A stretch of 64,000 bases of DNA from Bacteroidota bacterium (GCA_020048155.1 JAIFMY010000022.1:4356-68355), one strand, 5' to 3'. Positions 45,101 to 56,981 are shown, counted from the first letter of the stretch. Notes: a model not told the origin generated them from the letters alone. A program made the numbers and translations.

Positions 45101-46467
45101 TCAATAAGTTTAGGCTGGAAAGCCTGAATACCTAGTCGGTGAAGCGTAGGGGCACGGTTTAGCATTACCGGGTGACCTTTCAGAATATTTTCGAGAATAT
45201 CCCAAATAACAGGATCACGTCTATCAACTATTTTCTTTGCAGATTTAACAGTCTTTACAATGCCTCTTTCAATAAGTTTACGAATAACAAAAGGCTTATA
45301 CAGCTCTGCAGCCATATCTTTTGGTATACCGCATTCATGAAGTTTCAGTTCAGGACCAACAACAATAACAGAACGAGCAGAGTAGTCGACACGTTTACCA
45401 AGAAGGTTTTGGCGGAAACGACCTTGCTTGCCTTTCAAGCTATCTGACAAAGACTTGAGAGCACGATTGGCTTCAGTCTTCACAGCATTCACTTTACGTG
45501 AGTTATCGAACAATGAGTCTACTGCTTCCTGAAGCATCCTTTTTTCGTTTCGAAGAATCACCTCAGGGGCTTTTATTTCAATAAGTCTTTTCAGACGATT
45601 ATTGCGTATAATCACACGACGATATAAATCATTCAGGTCGGATGTAGCAAAACGTCCGCCATCCAAAGGTACCAGAGGACGCAATTCGGGTGGAATTACC
45701 GGAACTACCTTTATAACCATCCATTCCGGACGATTAGTTATTCTGGAAGCTTTGAAAGCACTTACCACTTGAAGGCGTTTTAGTGCGTCATTTTTGCGTT
45801 GCTGTGAGGCTTCTTTTCCTGCAGAATAGCGCAATTGATCGGCCAAAACATCCAAATCAATAGAAGTAAGAAGATCATACAACGCTTCTGCACCCATTTT
45901 AGCAATAAACTTATTTGGGTCGGAATCGTCGAGAGAGAAATTTTCTTTAGGAAGAGATTCAGTAATTTCAAGAAACTCTTCTTCAGTTAGAAAATCGAGC
46001 GTTTTGATACCGCCATCCGCGCCCTTTATACCGGGCTGGATTACAATATAACGTTCATAATAAATAACGGCATCAAGTTTTTTGCTTGAAAGTCCGAGCA
46101 AATAACCAATTTTATTAGGTAAAGATCTGAAATACCAGATGTGAGCCACCGGCACTACCAGTTGGATGTGCCCCATACGTTCACGTCTTACTTTCTTTTC
46201 GGTAACTTCTACACCGCAACGGTCGCAAACGATACCTTTGTATCTGATACGTTTGTATTTACCGCAGTGGCACTCGTAGTCTTTTACCGGGCCGAAAATA
46301 CGCTCGCAAAACAAACCATCACGTTCAGGTTTGTAAGTACGATAGTTGATTGTCTCAGGTTTAAGAACTTCACCACTCGAACGTTCAAGAATTTCTTCTG
46401 GTGAAGCTAAACTAATAGTTATACTGGTAAAATCAGCGTTTACTTTATTATCTTTTCTGAAAGCCAT
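42187..46467 (-). CDS. rpoC: DNA-directed RNA polymerase subunit beta'
   Basis: The 1426-aa protein has a zinc-binding N-terminus ([23 protein letters not shown]) and the catalytic NADFDGDQM. Confidence 0.99.
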   Translation of the reverse strand: MAFRKDNKVNADFTSITISLASPEEILERSSGEVLKPETINYRTYKPERDGLFCERIFGPVKDYECHCGKYKRIRYKGIVCDRCGVEVTEKKVRRERMGHIQLVVPVAHIWYFRSLPNKIGYLLGLSSKKLDAVIYYERYIVIQPGIKGADGGIKTLDFLTEEEFLEITESLPKENFSLDDSDPNKFIAKMGAEALYDLLTSIDLDVLADQLRYSAGKEASQQRKNDALKRLQVVSAFKASRITNRPEWMVIKVVPVIPPELRPLVPLDGGRFATSDLNDLYRRVIIRNNRLKRLIEIKAPEVILRNEKRMLQEAVDSLFDNSRKVNAVKTEANRALKSLSDSLKGKQGRFRQNLLGKRVDYSARSVIVVGPELKLHECGIPKDMAAELYKPFVIRKLIERGIVKTVKSAKKIVDRRDPVIWDILENILKGHPVMLNRAPTLHRLGIQAFQPKLIEGKAIQLHPLVCTAFNADFDGDQMAVHLPLGNAAVLEAQLLMLASHNILNPANGAPITVPSQDMVLGLYYITKPRKSSPEHFVKGQGLIFYSAEEAIIAYNEGKVDLHANVKVKISPEVSRTPYGKIIETTVGRIIFNQSVPVEVGYINTLLTKKALRDIIGNVLKICGTARTAEFLDDIKELGFRMAFKGGLSFNLNDVIIPEDKQRMVDDGYKQVEEVLDNYENGVITNNERYNQIIDIWTHINARLTDTLMTRLTSDQQGFNSVFMMLDSGARGSKEQIRQLSGMRGLMAKPQKSGAAGAEIIENPILSNFKEGLSVLEYFISTHGARKGLADTALKTADAGYLTRRLVDVAQDVIITQDDCGTLRGIEATALRKNDEIVEKLYERIIGRTSVHDIFHPNTGEMIVSSGEEISDEIAARIENSPIDRIEIRSVLTCESRKGVCAKCYGRNLATGRKVQIGEAVGVIAAQSIGEPGTQLTLRTFHVGGTAGNIATESTIIAKYDGIVQIDELRTVEYKDPNTEEKYDVVIGRMADLRMLDKNTKIALTTQHIPYGAKLYVKNGDEVKSGTLICEWDPFNAVIVTEASGKIEYDSLIGGITYKEEADEQTGFREKVVIETKDKSKNAALRIVDTDGMVIRTYNLPVGAHISVDDDQPLVAGMVLAKIPRAVGKVGDITGGLPRVTELFEARNPSNPAIVSEIDGEVSFGNKIKRGQREIIITSKSGEDIKRYLVPLSKQILVQENDYVRAGMALSDGSITPSDILSIKGPTEVQEYIVNEVQEVYRLQGVKINDKHFEVIVRQMMRKVQIDEPGDTEFLEKQIVDKWDFMEENDRIYGKKVIDDQGDSDLRPGQIITVRKLRDENSILKRKDLKLIVARDASPATSSQILQGITRAALQTQSFISAASFQETTKVLNEAAIMGKTDGLEGLKENVIVGHQIPAGSGIRLYTDIIVGSKEHYDSLISAKQH

Positions 46468-46539
46468 GGGCCGAAATTAATTGACGGTTAAAGATATTGG
46501 CCGGAACAAAAATTATCCCGGCCTGTATCAACTTATTCA

Positions 46540-49500
46540 TTAAGCCAGATTTATACTTAAACCAAGGCCACGCAACTCGTGCAACAATACATTGAACGAT
46601 TCAGGTATACCAGGATTAGGCATAGATTCGCCTTTAACAATAGCCTCGTATGCTTTGGCACGACCAACAACATCGTCTGACTTAATTGTGAGAATTTCTT
46701 GCAGTATATTGGCAGCACCGAAAGCTTCGAGTGCCCAAACCTCCATTTCACCAAAACGCTGACCACCAAACTGAGCTTTACCACCAAGCGGTTGCTGCGT
46801 TATAAGCGAATAAGGACCAATAGAACGAGCATGCATTTTGTCATCAACCATGTGACCCAGTTTAAGCATATAAATGACACCTACTGTTGCAGGTTGGTCA
46901 AAACGCTCACCTGTACCACCATCATGAAGATAAGTTCGTCCAAATCGAGGAACACCTGCTTTATCCGTCAGATTGTTGATATCGTCAATAGACGCACCAT
47001 CAAAAATAGGTGTCGCAAATTTTACTCCCAGCTTTTTACCAGCCCAGCCCAACACAGTTTCATAAATCTGTCCAAGGTTCATACGGCTAGGTACACCAAG
47101 CGGATTCAATACGATATCTACCGGCGTTCCATCGGCTAAGAAAGGCATGTCTTCGTCTCTTACAATACGAGCCACTATACCTTTATTTCCGTGTCTACCC
47201 GCCATTTTATCACCTACTGTGATTTTGCGTTTCTTGGCCACATATACTTTTGCCAGCTGTAAAATACCAATTGGAAGTTCATCACCAATGGTAATATTAT
47301 ATTTCTGACGTCTGTAGTTACTTTCAATTTCTTTAAATTTCACTACGTAATTGTGAAGCAATTCGCGTATGGTTTCGTTCTTAGACTTATCTGTAGTCCA
47401 CTTGTTAGGGTTTATGTTCAGATAATCAATATCCTGCAGCATCTTATTGGTAAATTTCACACCTTTGGCTATAACGTCTACGTTGTAGTAGTCTTTTACA
47501 CCTTGGGATGTTTTACCATTGACAAGCTCAAACAGTTTCTCAATAAGTTTGCTGTTGAGTTCTTCTCTATGCCTTTCAAATTCTTTGTCGATTTTGGCAA
47601 GAACATTTTTCTCAGCTGTTTTGGATTTTCTTTCCTTATTGGCTTTAGAGAATAGTTTCCTGTCAATAACCACGCCATATAATGAGGGTGGTGCCTTAAG
47701 GGAGGCATCTTTCACATCGCCGGCTTTATCCCCAAATATGGCCCGCAAGAGTTTCTCTTCGGGCGAAGGATCTGATTCGCCTTTAGGGGTAATTTTACCA
47801 ATGAGTATATCACCTGGTTTAACATATGCACCTACGCGAATGATACCATTCTCATCCAGATTTTTTGTTGCCTCTTCACTTACGTTCGGTATATCAGAAG
47901 TCAACTCTTCAGCTCCACGCTTTGTATCGCGCACTTCAAGTATATACTCATCTATGTGTAATGAAGTGAAAATATCGTCGCGAACTACTCTCTCTGAAAG
48001 CACAATAGCATCCTCAAAATTGTAACCTTTCCAAGGCATGAACGCAACCATAAGGTTACGACCAAGGGCAAGTTCACCATTTTGAGTACCATAACCTTCA
48101 GTAAGGATATCGTTTTCGACAACTTTGTCGCCTTTTTTTACTAAGGGTGTTAAGTTCAAACAAGTATTCTGGTTAGTCTTTTTGAATTTGGGCATTCTGT
48201 AACGAACCACTTCATCGTCAAAACTAACAAATCTTTCATCTTCAGTTCTGGAGTAGCGAACTACAACTTCATCTGCATCCACATACTCAACTACACCATC
48301 GCCTTTTGCCAGAAACATAACACGAGAGTCGCGAGCCACAAGAGCCTCAATACCAGTACCTACAATAGGTGAATCAGGCTTCATAAGTGGAACTGCCTGG
48401 CGCATCATGTTAGAACCCATAAGAGCACGGTTGGCATCATCATGTTCCAAGAAAGGAATAAGAGATGCAGCAATAGAGGCAATTTGATTAGGAGCTACGT
48501 CCATAAAATTTACCTCATTGATCTCCGCCAGCGGGAAGTCACCATTCAAACGTGATTTTACGCGTGGATTGATGAATTTACCCTCAGCATTGATAAGTGC
48601 ATTCGCTTGCGCGATGATTTTGTTTTCCTCCTCCTCCGCAGTCATATATACGACTTCAGCATGAGCAAGCTCAACTTTACCTTCTGCAACTTTACGATAT
48701 GGGGTTTCAATAAAACCCAATTCGTTTACTTTTGCAAAAACACAAAGAGATGAAATAAGACCGATGTTAGGGCCTTCAGGGGTTTCTATCGGACACAATC
48801 TACCATAGTGAGTATAGTGTACGTCACGAACCTCAAAACCAGCACGTTCACGTGAAAGACCACCCGGGCCTAACGCAGACATACGGCGTTTGTGGGTCAT
48901 CTCAGCCAATGGATTTGTTTGATCCATAAACTGCGATAGCTGATTGGTACCGAAGAAAGAATTGATAACAGATGAGAGTGTTTTTGAATTGATAAGATCT
49001 ATAGGTGTAAATACCTCATTATCTCTAACATTCATTCGTTCACGTATGGTTCTGGACATACGAGCCAAACCTACGCCAAATTGGGCGTAAAGTTGCTCGC
49101 CTACTGTACGAACCCTACGATTGCTAAGGTGATCAATATCATCTACATCAGTTTTTGAATTGATGAGTTGAATCAAGTATTTTATGATCTCTATAATATC
49201 GGCTTTAGTGAGCACTTTCGTGTCCATTGGAATTTCGAGACCCAATTTTTTGTTGATTCTGTATCGTCCAACCTCACCCAAATCGTATCTTTTATCAGAA
49301 AAGAACAATTTGTCGATAACATCGCGGGCAGTTGCCTCATCAGGAGGCTCTGCATTACGCAACTGACGATAAATATAAACCATGGCCTCCTTTTCAGAGT
49401 TGCATGGGTCTTTTTGTAATGTGTTATAGATGATGGAAAAGTCATTCTGACCTTCGGCCTCCTTCTGTAAAATTACAGATTTGGCACCAGAATCGACAAT

Positions 49501-50346
49501 CTGATCTATATGATCATTTTCAAGAATGGTTTCCCTCTCAAGAATAATACGATTACGTTCTATTGAAACAACTTCACCTGTATCTTCGTCAACAAAGTCC
49601 TCAATCCAAGTAGTAAGCACCCTAGCGGCGATTTTACGGCCAATATATTTTTTTAACCCGGCTTTAGAAACTTTAATTTCATCCGAAAGTTGAAAAATAT
49701 CAAGTATGTCTTTATCAGATTCGAAACCAATTGCACGAAGCAAGGTAGTTACAGGTAACTTTTTTTTGCGGTCGATGTAGGCATACATCACGTTGTTGAT
49801 ATCTGTAGTAAACTCAATCCAACTGCCTTTGAAAGGAATAACCCTGGCAGAATGAAGTTTCATACGAGAAGCGTGAATAGTTTGGCCAAAGAAAACACCG
49901 GGAGATCGGTGTAACTGAGAAACCACAACTCTTTCAGCCCCATTTACAACAAACGAACCTCTGGGTGACATATAAGGTACTGTGCCGAGATATACATCTT
50001 GGATAACAGTATCAAAATCCTCATGCTCAGGGTCGGTACAATATAATTTTAATTTTGCCTTAAGAGGCACACTATATGTCAAACCCCTCTCAATACATTC
50101 TTCTTCTGAATATCTTGGAGGGTCAATATAGTAATCTATAAATTCTAAAACGAAATTATTACGGGTGTCGGTAATCGGAAAATTCTCCTGAAATACCTTG
50201 TACAACCCTTCATTTTTGCGCTGCTCTGGGGTAGTACCTAGCTGAAAAAATTCTTTGAAAGACTTAATCTGAACTTCCAAAAAATCAGGATAGGTAAGTT
50301 GGTCCTTTGCAGATGAAAAATTATGACGTTGGTTATTTTGGGCCAT
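46540..50346 (-). CDS. rpoB: DNA-directed RNA polymerase subunit beta
   Basis: The 1268-aa protein has conserved blocks ([29 protein letters not shown]). Confidence 0.99.
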   Translation of the reverse strand: MAQNNQRHNFSSAKDQLTYPDFLEVQIKSFKEFFQLGTTPEQRKNEGLYKVFQENFPITDTRNNFVLEFIDYYIDPPRYSEEECIERGLTYSVPLKAKLKLYCTDPEHEDFDTVIQDVYLGTVPYMSPRGSFVVNGAERVVVSQLHRSPGVFFGQTIHASRMKLHSARVIPFKGSWIEFTTDINNVMYAYIDRKKKLPVTTLLRAIGFESDKDILDIFQLSDEIKVSKAGLKKYIGRKIAARVLTTWIEDFVDEDTGEVVSIERNRIILERETILENDHIDQIVDSGAKSVILQKEAEGQNDFSIIYNTLQKDPCNSEKEAMVYIYRQLRNAEPPDEATARDVIDKLFFSDKRYDLGEVGRYRINKKLGLEIPMDTKVLTKADIIEIIKYLIQLINSKTDVDDIDHLSNRRVRTVGEQLYAQFGVGLARMSRTIRERMNVRDNEVFTPIDLINSKTLSSVINSFFGTNQLSQFMDQTNPLAEMTHKRRMSALGPGGLSRERAGFEVRDVHYTHYGRLCPIETPEGPNIGLISSLCVFAKVNELGFIETPYRKVAEGKVELAHAEVVYMTAEEEENKIIAQANALINAEGKFINPRVKSRLNGDFPLAEINEVNFMDVAPNQIASIAASLIPFLEHDDANRALMGSNMMRQAVPLMKPDSPIVGTGIEALVARDSRVMFLAKGDGVVEYVDADEVVVRYSRTEDERFVSFDDEVVRYRMPKFKKTNQNTCLNLTPLVKKGDKVVENDILTEGYGTQNGELALGRNLMVAFMPWKGYNFEDAIVLSERVVRDDIFTSLHIDEYILEVRDTKRGAEELTSDIPNVSEEATKNLDENGIIRVGAYVKPGDILIGKITPKGESDPSPEEKLLRAIFGDKAGDVKDASLKAPPSLYGVVIDRKLFSKANKERKSKTAEKNVLAKIDKEFERHREELNSKLIEKLFELVNGKTSQGVKDYYNVDVIAKGVKFTNKMLQDIDYLNINPNKWTTDKSKNETIRELLHNYVVKFKEIESNYRRQKYNITIGDELPIGILQLAKVYVAKKRKITVGDKMAGRHGNKGIVARIVRDEDMPFLADGTPVDIVLNPLGVPSRMNLGQIYETVLGWAGKKLGVKFATPIFDGASIDDINNLTDKAGVPRFGRTYLHDGGTGERFDQPATVGVIYMLKLGHMVDDKMHARSIGPYSLITQQPLGGKAQFGGQRFGEMEVWALEAFGAANILQEILTIKSDDVVGRAKAYEAIVKGESMPNPGIPESFNVLLHELRGLGLSINLA

Positions 50347-50390
50347 TTAATCTGGTTATTAATTGAACTTAATAATAACAACAAATAGGC

Positions 50391-50411
50391 TTAGAGCCAA
50401 TGAGGCTCTAA
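50391..50411 (-). terminator. rplL-rpoB intergenic hairpin (attenuator-type)
   Basis: The stem is ttagagcc / ggctctaa (8 bp) with a 5-nt loop. This is the classical position of the partial terminator between rplL and rpoB. Confidence 0.45.
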
Positions 50412-50439
50412 ACCTAATATAATAAACGCTAACTAGCGG

Positions 50440-50820
50440 TTACTTAAGTTCAACTTCGGCACCAGCGTCAACCAACTGTGATTTAATTGCTTCTGCTTCT
50501 TGTTTAGATACTTTTTCTTTGATTGCTTTAGGAGCTGCATCAACAAGTTCTTTGGCTTCTTTCAAACCGATACCGGTAAGTTCTTTCACCAATTTCACGA
50601 TTTGTAATTTCTGGCCACCGGCACTTTTAAGAATTACATCAAATTCGGTTTGTTCTTGAACTACAGGAGCTTCAGCAGCACCAGCACCTGCTGGAGCGGC
50701 AACTACAGCGGCTGCAGCTGGTTCAATACCGTAATCATTTTTCAAAATGCCAGCTAATTCGTTAACTTCTTTAACAGTTAAGTTTACTAATTGTTCTGCA
50801 AGAGCTTTAAGATCTGCCAT
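50440..50820 (-). CDS. rplL: 50S ribosomal protein L7/L12
   Basis: The 126-aa protein has an Ala/Val-rich hinge and a C-terminal [24 protein letters not shown]. Confidence 0.98.
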   Translation of the reverse strand: MADLKALAEQLVNLTVKEVNELAGILKNDYGIEPAAAAVVAAPAGAGAAEAPVVQEQTEFDVILKSAGGQKLQIVKLVKELTGIGLKEAKELVDAAPKAIKEKVSKQEAEAIKSQLVDAGAEVELK

Positions 50821-50890
50821 TGTATTTAGATTTTAAAATTATTTTTATTCTTTAAATTTGTTTGTATAGCAATATGCTATGAAAAAAAAA

Positions 50891-51412
50891 TTACTCACGT
50901 TCTGAAAGGGTGGTGAGCACGCCATGAATAGTGTTTTTTCCCGATTCGAGAGCCGACATCACGTTGTTCATAGGAGATTTCAACATGAGAATAACGTCTG
51001 CTATCATTTCGTCGCGAGATTTTACAGCTACCAGGTTATCTAACTGGTTATCGCCAATGTATACTGACTCCTGAACGAAAGCACCTTTTAAAATAGGTTT
51101 AGGCAGACGTTTTCTACGCATTTCTTTGATAAGTTTTGCGGGAGCTGTAGGACTTTGGGAAAACATGATAGATGTACTGCCTTTTAAAACAGAAGTAAGT
51201 TCGCTCAGATTTTTACCGGATTTTTCAAAAGCTTTTTCAATGAGGGTATTCTTAACCGACATAAGTATGATATCACTTTTGAAGCAAGTACGGCGAAGAG
51301 CCGTAGTAGCAGCAGCGTTCAAATCTGCAACATCTGTCAGGTAAAAATGAGAGTAGGTGTTCATTTTATCGACGATGTCGTTTATAATCAAATCTTTCTT
51401 ATCACGTGTCAT
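50891..51412 (-). CDS. rplJ: 50S ribosomal protein L10
   Basis: The 173-aa protein lies between rplA and rplL and has an L10-like sequence. Confidence 0.95.
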   Translation of the reverse strand: MTRDKKDLIINDIVDKMNTYSHFYLTDVADLNAAATTALRRTCFKSDIILMSVKNTLIEKAFEKSGKNLSELTSVLKGSTSIMFSQSPTAPAKLIKEMRRKRLPKPILKGAFVQESVYIGDNQLDNLVAVKSRDEMIADVILMLKSPMNNVMSALESGKNTIHGVLTTLSERE

Positions 51413-51431
51413 TTGTGTAAATTTTTGATTG

Positions 51432-52127
51432 TTATTCGTCGATGGTTTTCACATCAATTGCAAGCCCTGGACTCATAGTGCTAGACAAGAAAATGGATCT
51501 CATATAAGTTCCTTTTGCTGTACTAGGTTTGAGTTTCAAAACCGTGTGCAATACTTCTTTAGCATTGTCCACTATTTTTTCTGGGCTAAAAGATACCTTG
51601 CCAATAGAAGCGTGTATAATACCAGTTTTGTCAACTTTAAAGTCGATTTTACCAGCTTTGACTTCTTTTACTGCAGTACCAAGATCCATAGTAACTGTGC
51701 CAGACTTTGGGTTAGGCATCAGACCACGAGGACCAAGAATTTTACCGAGCGCACCAATTTTACCCATAACACTGGGCATGGTGATGATAACATCAACATC
51801 AGTCCAACCACCTTTGATTTTCTCGATATATTCTTCGAGACCAACGAAGTCGGCACCAGCATTTGTTGCTTCTTCAGCTTTATCGGGAGTACAGAGTACA
51901 AGTACTTTTTTGTCTTTACCTGTACCGTGGGGTAATGCAACAATACCACGCACCATTTGGTTAGATTTCCGAGGGTCTACACCCAAGCGGATATCAATAT
52001 CAACAGATGCATCGAATTTTGCATAGTTTACGTCCTTAAGTAAGGAAGCAGCTTCAGAAAGTTTGTAGAGCTTACCAACTTCGATTTTAGCGGCTGCTTT
52101 CTTTTGGTTCTTTGTCAACTTTGCCAT
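51432..52127 (-). CDS. rplA: 50S ribosomal protein L1
   Basis: The protein begins [10 protein letters not shown]… and contains GTGK and [10 protein letters not shown] motifs. I chose the start at 52127, because the longer ORF-track start (52154) would overlap rplK. Confidence 0.95.
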   Translation of the reverse strand: MAKLTKNQKKAAAKIEVGKLYKLSEAASLLKDVNYAKFDASVDIDIRLGVDPRKSNQMVRGIVALPHGTGKDKKVLVLCTPDKAEEATNAGADFVGLEEYIEKIKGGWTDVDVIITMPSVMGKIGALGKILGPRGLMPNPKSGTVTMDLGTAVKEVKAGKIDFKVDKTGIIHASIGKVSFSPEKIVDNAKEVLHTVLKLKPSTAKGTYMRSIFLSSTMSPGLAIDVKTIDE

Positions 52128-52140
52128 TTTTATTCGTACA

Positions 52141-52587
52141 TTAGTTGTTATCAAATGGAGGAGTTCCTGTTACAGTAATACCCATACTACGGGCAGTTCC
52201 GGCAACCATTTTCATTGCAGATTCTAAGGTAAACGCATTTAGGTCTACCATTTTGTCATCAGCAATGGCGCGTATTTGTTCCCAAGTGATGGACGCAACT
52301 TTTTTTCGGTTAGGTTCGGGTGAACCAGACTTCAAACTAGTGACTTCTTTTAACTGTATAGACACGGGAGGTGTCTTGGTAACAAATTCAAATGATTTGT
52401 CAGCATATACAGTTATCACAACGGGAATAATTTTACCGGCCTTGTCTTGTGTTCTGGCATTGAATTGCTTGCAGAAGTCCATGATATTGACTCCCTTAGA
52501 ACCCAAAGCAGGACCTACCGGTGGGGAAGGATTTGCGGCTGCCCCTTTAATTTGTAATTTAATTATTCCAGTGACTTCTTTTGCCAT
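52141..52587 (-). CDS. rplK: 50S ribosomal protein L11
   Basis: The sequence [44 protein letters not shown] is diagnostic. Confidence 0.98.
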   Translation of the reverse strand: MAKEVTGIIKLQIKGAAANPSPPVGPALGSKGVNIMDFCKQFNARTQDKAGKIIPVVITVYADKSFEFVTKTPPVSIQLKEVTSLKSGSPEPNRKKVASITWEQIRAIADDKMVDLNAFTLESAMKMVAGTARSMGITVTGTPPFDNN

Positions 52588-52659
52588 ATATTGATTTATT
52601 TAAATGCGACGCTCTTGAGTGCTTGATTTTAGGAAGCATCAATCAATCAATCGTGTACG

Positions 52660-53208
52660 TCATTCTTTTTCAACTTGCATAAAACCTAATTCTAAAGGTG
52701 TTTTCCTGCCAAAAATTTTGACCATCACCTTTAGCTTTTTCTTCTCGTAATTTACTTCTTCAATAGTAGCAGTAAAATTATTGAAAGGCCCATCAATTAC
52801 TTTTACACTTTCACCAATGGTGAAAGAGGTCGTAAGTACTTCATCGGCTTCAGCCAGTTCATCCACCTTACCAAGTATTCTGTTTACTTCAGATTGGCGC
52901 AATGGGATGGGCATTCCACTTTTTTCCCCCAAAAAACCAACTACATAGTTGATATTTCGAAGTACGTGTGGTACCTCACCTTCCATAATAGCTTCAACAA
53001 GTACGTAACCGGGGAAATATATTTTTTCCTTAGATACGCGCTTACCATTTTTAAACTGAATTATTTTCTCCATAGGAATTAAAACCTGTGTGACGTAATC
53101 CTGAAGTTTAAGAATAGCTATTTCGCTCTCAATCAACTCTTTTACTTTTTTTTCTTTTCCACCGATAGCACGCAATACGTACCATCTTTTTTCAGGCTGA
53201 TTTTCCAT
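52660..53208 (-). CDS. nusG: Transcription termination/antitermination factor NusG
   Basis: The NGN domain starts [14 protein letters not shown], with a C-terminal KOW ([21 protein letters not shown]). The gene lies between secE and rplK. Confidence 0.97.
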   Translation of the reverse strand: MENQPEKRWYVLRAIGGKEKKVKELIESEIAILKLQDYVTQVLIPMEKIIQFKNGKRVSKEKIYFPGYVLVEAIMEGEVPHVLRNINYVVGFLGEKSGMPIPLRQSEVNRILGKVDELAEADEVLTTSFTIGESVKVIDGPFNNFTATIEEVNYEKKKLKVMVKIFGRKTPLELGFMQVEKE

Positions 53209-53236
53209 TTATGGGTAACGGTAGGTACTATTTTTA

Positions 53237-53449
53237 CTAAAATAACTGATAGATAAATCCGAGTATACCTTTCCAAGCTGATGTTGTATGTATACCGAAA
53301 ATAAGATCCATGAAGAAAATAACAATAGCAATAAGCAAAGATGTAACCATCACGATTATTGCACTGCTTTGCAACTCAGGCCAAGTTGGCCAAGTTACTT
53401 TATTCATTAACTCATTGTACGATTCTTGAAGATAAGCACGTACTTTCAT
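53237..53449 (-). CDS. secE: Preprotein translocase subunit SecE
   Basis: The 70-aa protein has a single TM and the conserved motif NELMNKVTWPTWPEL. It occupies the canonical position upstream of nusG. Confidence 0.9.
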   Translation of the reverse strand: MKVRAYLQESYNELMNKVTWPTWPELQSSAIIVMVTSLLIAIVIFFMDLIFGIHTTSAWKGILGFIYQLF

Positions 53450-53500
53450 TGTATTAATTTATTATAACCTATTAAATTTAATGTCTTACAACAAAAAAAG

Positions 53501-53573
53501 CACGGGAGGAGCGACTCGAACGCCCGACACTTGGTTTTGGAGACCAATGCTCTACCAACTGAGCTACACCCGT
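53501..53573 (-). tRNA. tRNA-Trp (anticodon CCA)
   Basis: I folded the cloverleaf by hand as ACGGGTG-TA-GCTC-AGTTGGTA-GAGC-A-TTGGT-CTCCAAA-ACCAA-GTGTC-GGGCG-TTCGAGT-CGCTC-CTCCCGT-G, 73 nt. There is one U6-U67 acceptor mismatch. No CCA is encoded. Confidence 0.9.
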
Positions 53574-53579
53574 ATTTAA

Positions 53580-53608
53580 ATGGCCGACAAAGATACTAAG
53601 TCGGCCAT
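53580..53608 (-). other. Hairpin between tuf and tRNA-Trp (weak terminator or processing structure)
   Basis: The stem is atggccgac / gtcggccat (9 bp) with an 11-nt loop. The trailing U-run is poor, and the hairpin abuts the tRNA 5' end. Confidence 0.35.
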
Positions 53609-53623
53609 ATATTTCAAAGAATA

Positions 53624-54811
53624 TTATTCTAAAATTTCAGTTACCTGACCAGCACCAACTGTACGACCACCTTCGCGGATTGCAAAACGAAGTGCTTGGT
53701 TGATAGCTACTGGGTAGATAAGTTCAACTTCGATAGTAAGGTTATCACCAGGCATTACCATCTCACGACCTTCGAGCAGGTGTATTTCACCAGTTACGTC
53801 GAGGGTACGGATAAAGAATTGAGGGCGATATCTGTTGTGGAAAGGAGTGTGACGACCACCTTCTTCTTTTTTCAGGATATACACCTCAGCTTTAAAGCGT
53901 TTGTGAGGTTTGATTGAACCAGGTTTTGCGATAACTTGACCACGGCTGATTTGCTCTTTGTCAACACCACGAAGGAGAAGACCAACGTTGTCACCAGCTT
54001 GACCATCGTCAAGAATTTTGCGGAACATTTCCACACCAGTTACAACTGATTTCAAACCATCTGAGGTAAGACCAACGATTTCAACTTGGTCGCCAGTGTG
54101 AATAAGACCAGTTTCGATACGACCTGTAGCAACTGTACCACGACCAGTGATAGAGAATACGTCTTCAACAGGCATCAAGAACGGTTTTTCAGTCTCACGA
54201 GGAGGAAGTGGAATCCAAACGTCCACAGCGTCCATAAGTTCATATACTTTGTCCATCCATTTAGGCTCTTTGTTAAGTGCACCTAGTGCAGAACCTAAAA
54301 TAACTGGAGTATTGTCACCATCAAATTCATAGAAGCTCAATAGCTCACGAACTTCCATTTCAACAAGTTCTAATAGCTCAGGGTCATCAACTAAATCCAC
54401 TTTGTTGATAAACACAACAAGCTTAGGAACGTTCACCTGACGAGCAAGCAGAATGTGCTCACGGGTTTGAGGCATTGGACCATCAGTACCTGCAACTACA
54501 ATAATTGCACCGTCCATCTGGGCAGCACCAGTAACCATGTTCTTAACGTAGTCAGCGTGTCCAGGACAGTCAACGTGCGCATAGTGACGTTTGGCGGTCT
54601 GATACTCCACGTGAGCAGTGTTAATTGTTATACCACGAGCTTTTTCCTCGGGTGCATTGTCGATTGAATCGAACGACTTTACTTCTGACAATCCTTTTTC
54701 TGCAAGGCATATAGTAATTGCCGAAGTGAGTGTAGTCTTACCGTGGTCAACGTGCCCTATCGTTCCGATATTCACGTGTGGCTTGGACCTATCAAACTTC
54801 TCTTTTGCCAT
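53624..54811 (-). CDS. tuf: Elongation factor Tu
   Basis: The 395-aa protein has the GTPase motifs [17 protein letters not shown] and NKVD. Confidence 0.99.
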   Translation of the reverse strand: MAKEKFDRSKPHVNIGTIGHVDHGKTTLTSAITICLAEKGLSEVKSFDSIDNAPEEKARGITINTAHVEYQTAKRHYAHVDCPGHADYVKNMVTGAAQMDGAIIVVAGTDGPMPQTREHILLARQVNVPKLVVFINKVDLVDDPELLELVEMEVRELLSFYEFDGDNTPVILGSALGALNKEPKWMDKVYELMDAVDVWIPLPPRETEKPFLMPVEDVFSITGRGTVATGRIETGLIHTGDQVEIVGLTSDGLKSVVTGVEMFRKILDDGQAGDNVGLLLRGVDKEQISRGQVIAKPGSIKPHKRFKAEVYILKKEEGGRHTPFHNRYRPQFFIRTLDVTGEIHLLEGREMVMPGDNLTIEVELIYPVAINQALRFAIREGGRTVGAGQVTEILE

Positions 54812-54863
54812 GTTGTTTTAATTTGTTTACCGTTTATGAAAAATTTTTATGCTAAACATGAAG

Positions 54864-54935
<72 letters not shown>

Positions 54936-54944
54936 AAAAAAAAG

Positions 54945-55017
54945 AGCGGGAAACGAGGTTCGAACCCGCGACCTTCAGCTTGGAAGGCTGACGCTCTACC
55001 AACTGAGCTAATCCCGC
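54945..55017 (-). tRNA. tRNA-Gly (anticodon TCC)
   Basis: Hand-folded as GCGGGAT-TA-GCTC-AGTTGGTA-GAGC-G-TCAGC-CTTCCAA-GCTGA-AGGTC-GCGGG-TTCGAAC-CTCGT-TTCCCGC-T, 73 nt. Confidence 0.88.
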
Positions 55018-55029
55018 TTCTTATTTTTG

Positions 55030-55112
55030 TGGGGAGAGGAGGATTCGAACCTCCGAAGACGTACGTCAACAGATTTACAGTCTGCCCCATTTGGCCGCTC
55101 TGGAATCTCCCC
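55030..55112 (-). tRNA. tRNA-Tyr (anticodon GTA), class II with a long variable arm
   Basis: The acceptor stem GGGGAGA / TCTCCCC is perfect. The anticodon arm is GCAGA-CTGTAAA-TCTGT, the variable arm is 14 nt, and the T arm is GGAGG-TTCGAAT-CCTCC. The total length is 83 nt. Confidence 0.9.
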
Positions 55113-55145
55113 AATCAAGTATTTCAAGTATTCGTTTCCTAAGTG

Positions 55146-55219
55146 AGCCGGTGGAGGGATTCGAACCCCCGACCAGCTGATTACAAATCAGCTGCTCTGG
55201 CCAACTGAGCTACACCGGC
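55146..55219 (-). tRNA. tRNA-Thr (anticodon TGT)
   Basis: Hand-folded as GCCGGTG-TA-GCTC-AGTTGGCCA-GAGC-A-GCTGA-TTTGTAA-TCAGC-TGGTC-GGGGG-TTCGAAT-CCCTC-CACCGGC-T, 74 nt. Confidence 0.9.
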
Positions 55220-55263
55220 AACCTCTTATCTTTTCGTCCTCGGTCGTTTCCGATTTCGGTGTG

Positions 55264-55294
55264 CAAATGTAGAGGTTATTTTATATTCACCAAA
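55264..55294 (-). promoter_or_regulatory. Bacteroidota-type sigma-A promoter (TTTG-N19-TAcaTTTG) for the tRNA(Thr-Tyr-Gly-Thr)-tuf unit
   Basis: The minus strand reads TTTG gtgaatataaaataacctc TACATTTG. This matches the Bacteroides -33 TTTG / -7 TAnnTTTG consensus with 19-nt spacing. It lies 45 nt upstream of the first tRNA. Confidence 0.55.
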
Positions 55295-55322
55295 TATTTT
55301 TACACTTTTTTTCAAAAAAATA

Positions 55323-55619
55323 TCACTCTTTTGTTTGTTCCTTGTACTTCTTCAGTTGCCTTTTTATTGCTTCTATCGATAAATCAGTTGCTTCCTCAAA
55401 TGTTTTGGCTTGTTTGCGGGCAAATAATTCTTGTTTTGGAACCGATAATTTCACCTCTGCGATTTTATTTTCGGCGTTTTCACTTTTTTGTAATCGCAAA
55501 AAAACTTCTGCTGACGTTATTTCTTCATGTTTTTTAATCAACTTTCCTACTTTTTCGGTTACAAAATCATGTAACTGCTGGCTTGCATCGAAATGCACGG
55601 AATTAATTCTAACATCCAT
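55323..55619 (-). CDS. hpf: Ribosome hibernation factor, HPF/RaiA family (short form)
   Basis: The 98-aa protein starts MDVRINSVHFDASQQLHDFVTEKVGKL and ends in a KE-rich tail, a typical sigma-54-modulation/HPF fold pattern. Confidence 0.8.
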   Translation of the reverse strand: MDVRINSVHFDASQQLHDFVTEKVGKLIKKHEEITSAEVFLRLQKSENAENKIAEVKLSVPKQELFARKQAKTFEEATDLSIEAIKRQLKKYKEQTKE

Positions 55620-55633
55620 ATAATCCTCCTTTT

Positions 55634-56521
55634 TTATGCTCTGGGATGAGCTTGTTTGTAAATTGATTTTAACTGTTCGAACGAGTTGTGAGTATATACT
55701 TGAGTAGCTGCTAGGCTACTATGACCAAGCAGGGTTTTAATGGCATACAAATTTGCTCCTGAATTGAGCAGATGGGTGGCATAAGTGTGCCTCAACACAT
55801 GCGGGCTGCATTTCTCAACAGTGGTATGTTGTAACAGAAATTGATGTACTATGGTATATATGCGGCGGCGTGTGCATGGGGCCTGATTATTGTAGGTGAT
55901 GATGAAACTTTCGGGCAGGGTGCCATATTTTTGACTAAAGGCGTGAAGATAATCTTCGATGGCAGTGATTGCGGGCAATGTAAGTGGCACGAACCTTTCT
56001 TTGTTGCGTTTACCCAATACTTTAATCTGCTTTTGAGACAAATATATATCTTTCATTTTCAGACCGCATAGTTCAGAAACACGTATGCCGGTTCCATATA
56101 GCAATTCTATTACTAATCTCACCTCCAGATTTTCAAAACTTTCTGGATACTCTGAATCTTTTTCGAGGGATTGGTTTAGCTGCTTTTGATCCACAAAAAC
56201 AGGCAGGTGATGTTTTATTTTAGGCAGAATAATTCTGCTACCAGGCGATGATTTGATGAAATCATTGCGCAGCAAAAATTTGTAATAGCTCTTGAGGGTA
56301 GAAAGTTTGCGTCTGATGGTTGTAGGCTCCATTTTATTTCTAGCCATCTGGCTTATCCATGATCGCAACTGCTTGGCAGTTGCTTCGTGAATTTCAAGCA
56401 CTAGACCTTCGGTATTCAGAAATACCCGGAATTGTTCCAGATCTGCTTGGTAAGCAGAAACAGTATTTTCAGAATAGCGTTTTTGGTTTTGGATATATTG
56501 TAAAAATAATTTTTCGTACAT
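55634..56521 (-). CDS. Tyrosine site-specific recombinase, XerC/XerD family
   Basis: The N-terminal SAM-like domain reads TVSAYQADLEQF. Catalytic residues appear in LLYGTGIRVSEL (R), HVLRHTYATHLL (H-x-x-R) and LLGHSSLAATQVYTH (H, Y). Confidence 0.85.
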   Translation of the reverse strand: MYEKLFLQYIQNQKRYSENTVSAYQADLEQFRVFLNTEGLVLEIHEATAKQLRSWISQMARNKMEPTTIRRKLSTLKSYYKFLLRNDFIKSSPGSRIILPKIKHHLPVFVDQKQLNQSLEKDSEYPESFENLEVRLVIELLYGTGIRVSELCGLKMKDIYLSQKQIKVLGKRNKERFVPLTLPAITAIEDYLHAFSQKYGTLPESFIITYNNQAPCTRRRIYTIVHQFLLQHTTVEKCSPHVLRHTYATHLLNSGANLYAIKTLLGHSSLAATQVYTHNSFEQLKSIYKQAHPRA

Positions 56522-56664
56522 TCAGAAAAAGCCGTTTGGTAATTGAAAGCTGATGTATTGGCTCAATCCAAATATATAAAAAATTTAATGATTCTCCATG
56601 TATATTTTGTTAAAAAAAAAGATGAATATTCGGAAGTGTCGAATGATTGTTTGAGAAACGGGTA

Positions 56665-56700
56665 TTAAAAACAAAACGTTCAGGTTTTTGGCCTGAACGT
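56665..56700 (-). terminator. Rho-independent terminator of rpsU
   Basis: The stem is acgttcagg / cctgaacgt (9 bp) with a 7-nt loop. On the minus strand it is followed by TTTTGTTTTT. Confidence 0.75.
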
Positions 56701-56708
56701 CTGTATGC

Positions 56709-56906
56709 TTATTCATTTTCTTTATCTTGATGCAGTTGCTGTACGTATACTGCTTTGATCATTTTCTCGCGTTTGCGAATGGATCTGCTTCTAAAAGCCT
56801 GACGATCACGCAATTCTTTGATAACGCCTGTCTTTTCAAATTTTCTTTTAAACTTTTTGAGAGCTCTTTCCAGATTCTCTCCTTCTTTTAGTGGTACAAT
56901 TATCAT
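56709..56906 (-). CDS. rpsU: 30S ribosomal protein S21
   Basis: The 65-aa basic protein (LERALKKFKRKFEKTGVIKELRDRQAF…) has the S21 pattern. Confidence 0.95.
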   Translation of the reverse strand: MIIVPLKEGENLERALKKFKRKFEKTGVIKELRDRQAFRSRSIRKREKMIKAVYVQQLHQDKENE

Positions 56907-56981
56907 TCGTTAGTATATTTTAGTTTCGAGCGGCAAATTTATGACTTTCTATCCTCTTTTACAATATTTTTTCATATTTTT

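Noticed and set aside
53501-53573. Acceptor-stem mismatches in tRNA-Trp (U6-U67) and tRNA-Gly (U7-U66, 54945..55017) as signs of tRNA pseudogenes.
   Set aside because: All other stems, loops and invariant positions fold normally, and the genes sit in the conserved tuf-linked cluster. Single U-U pairs are tolerated. The call rests on hand folding only.
55634-56521. The tyrosine recombinase next to a tRNA cluster as a marker of an integrated mobile element.
   Set aside because: I saw no flanking direct repeats, duplicated tRNA 3' end or cargo genes. The neighbours are core translation genes in an order I recall as conserved.
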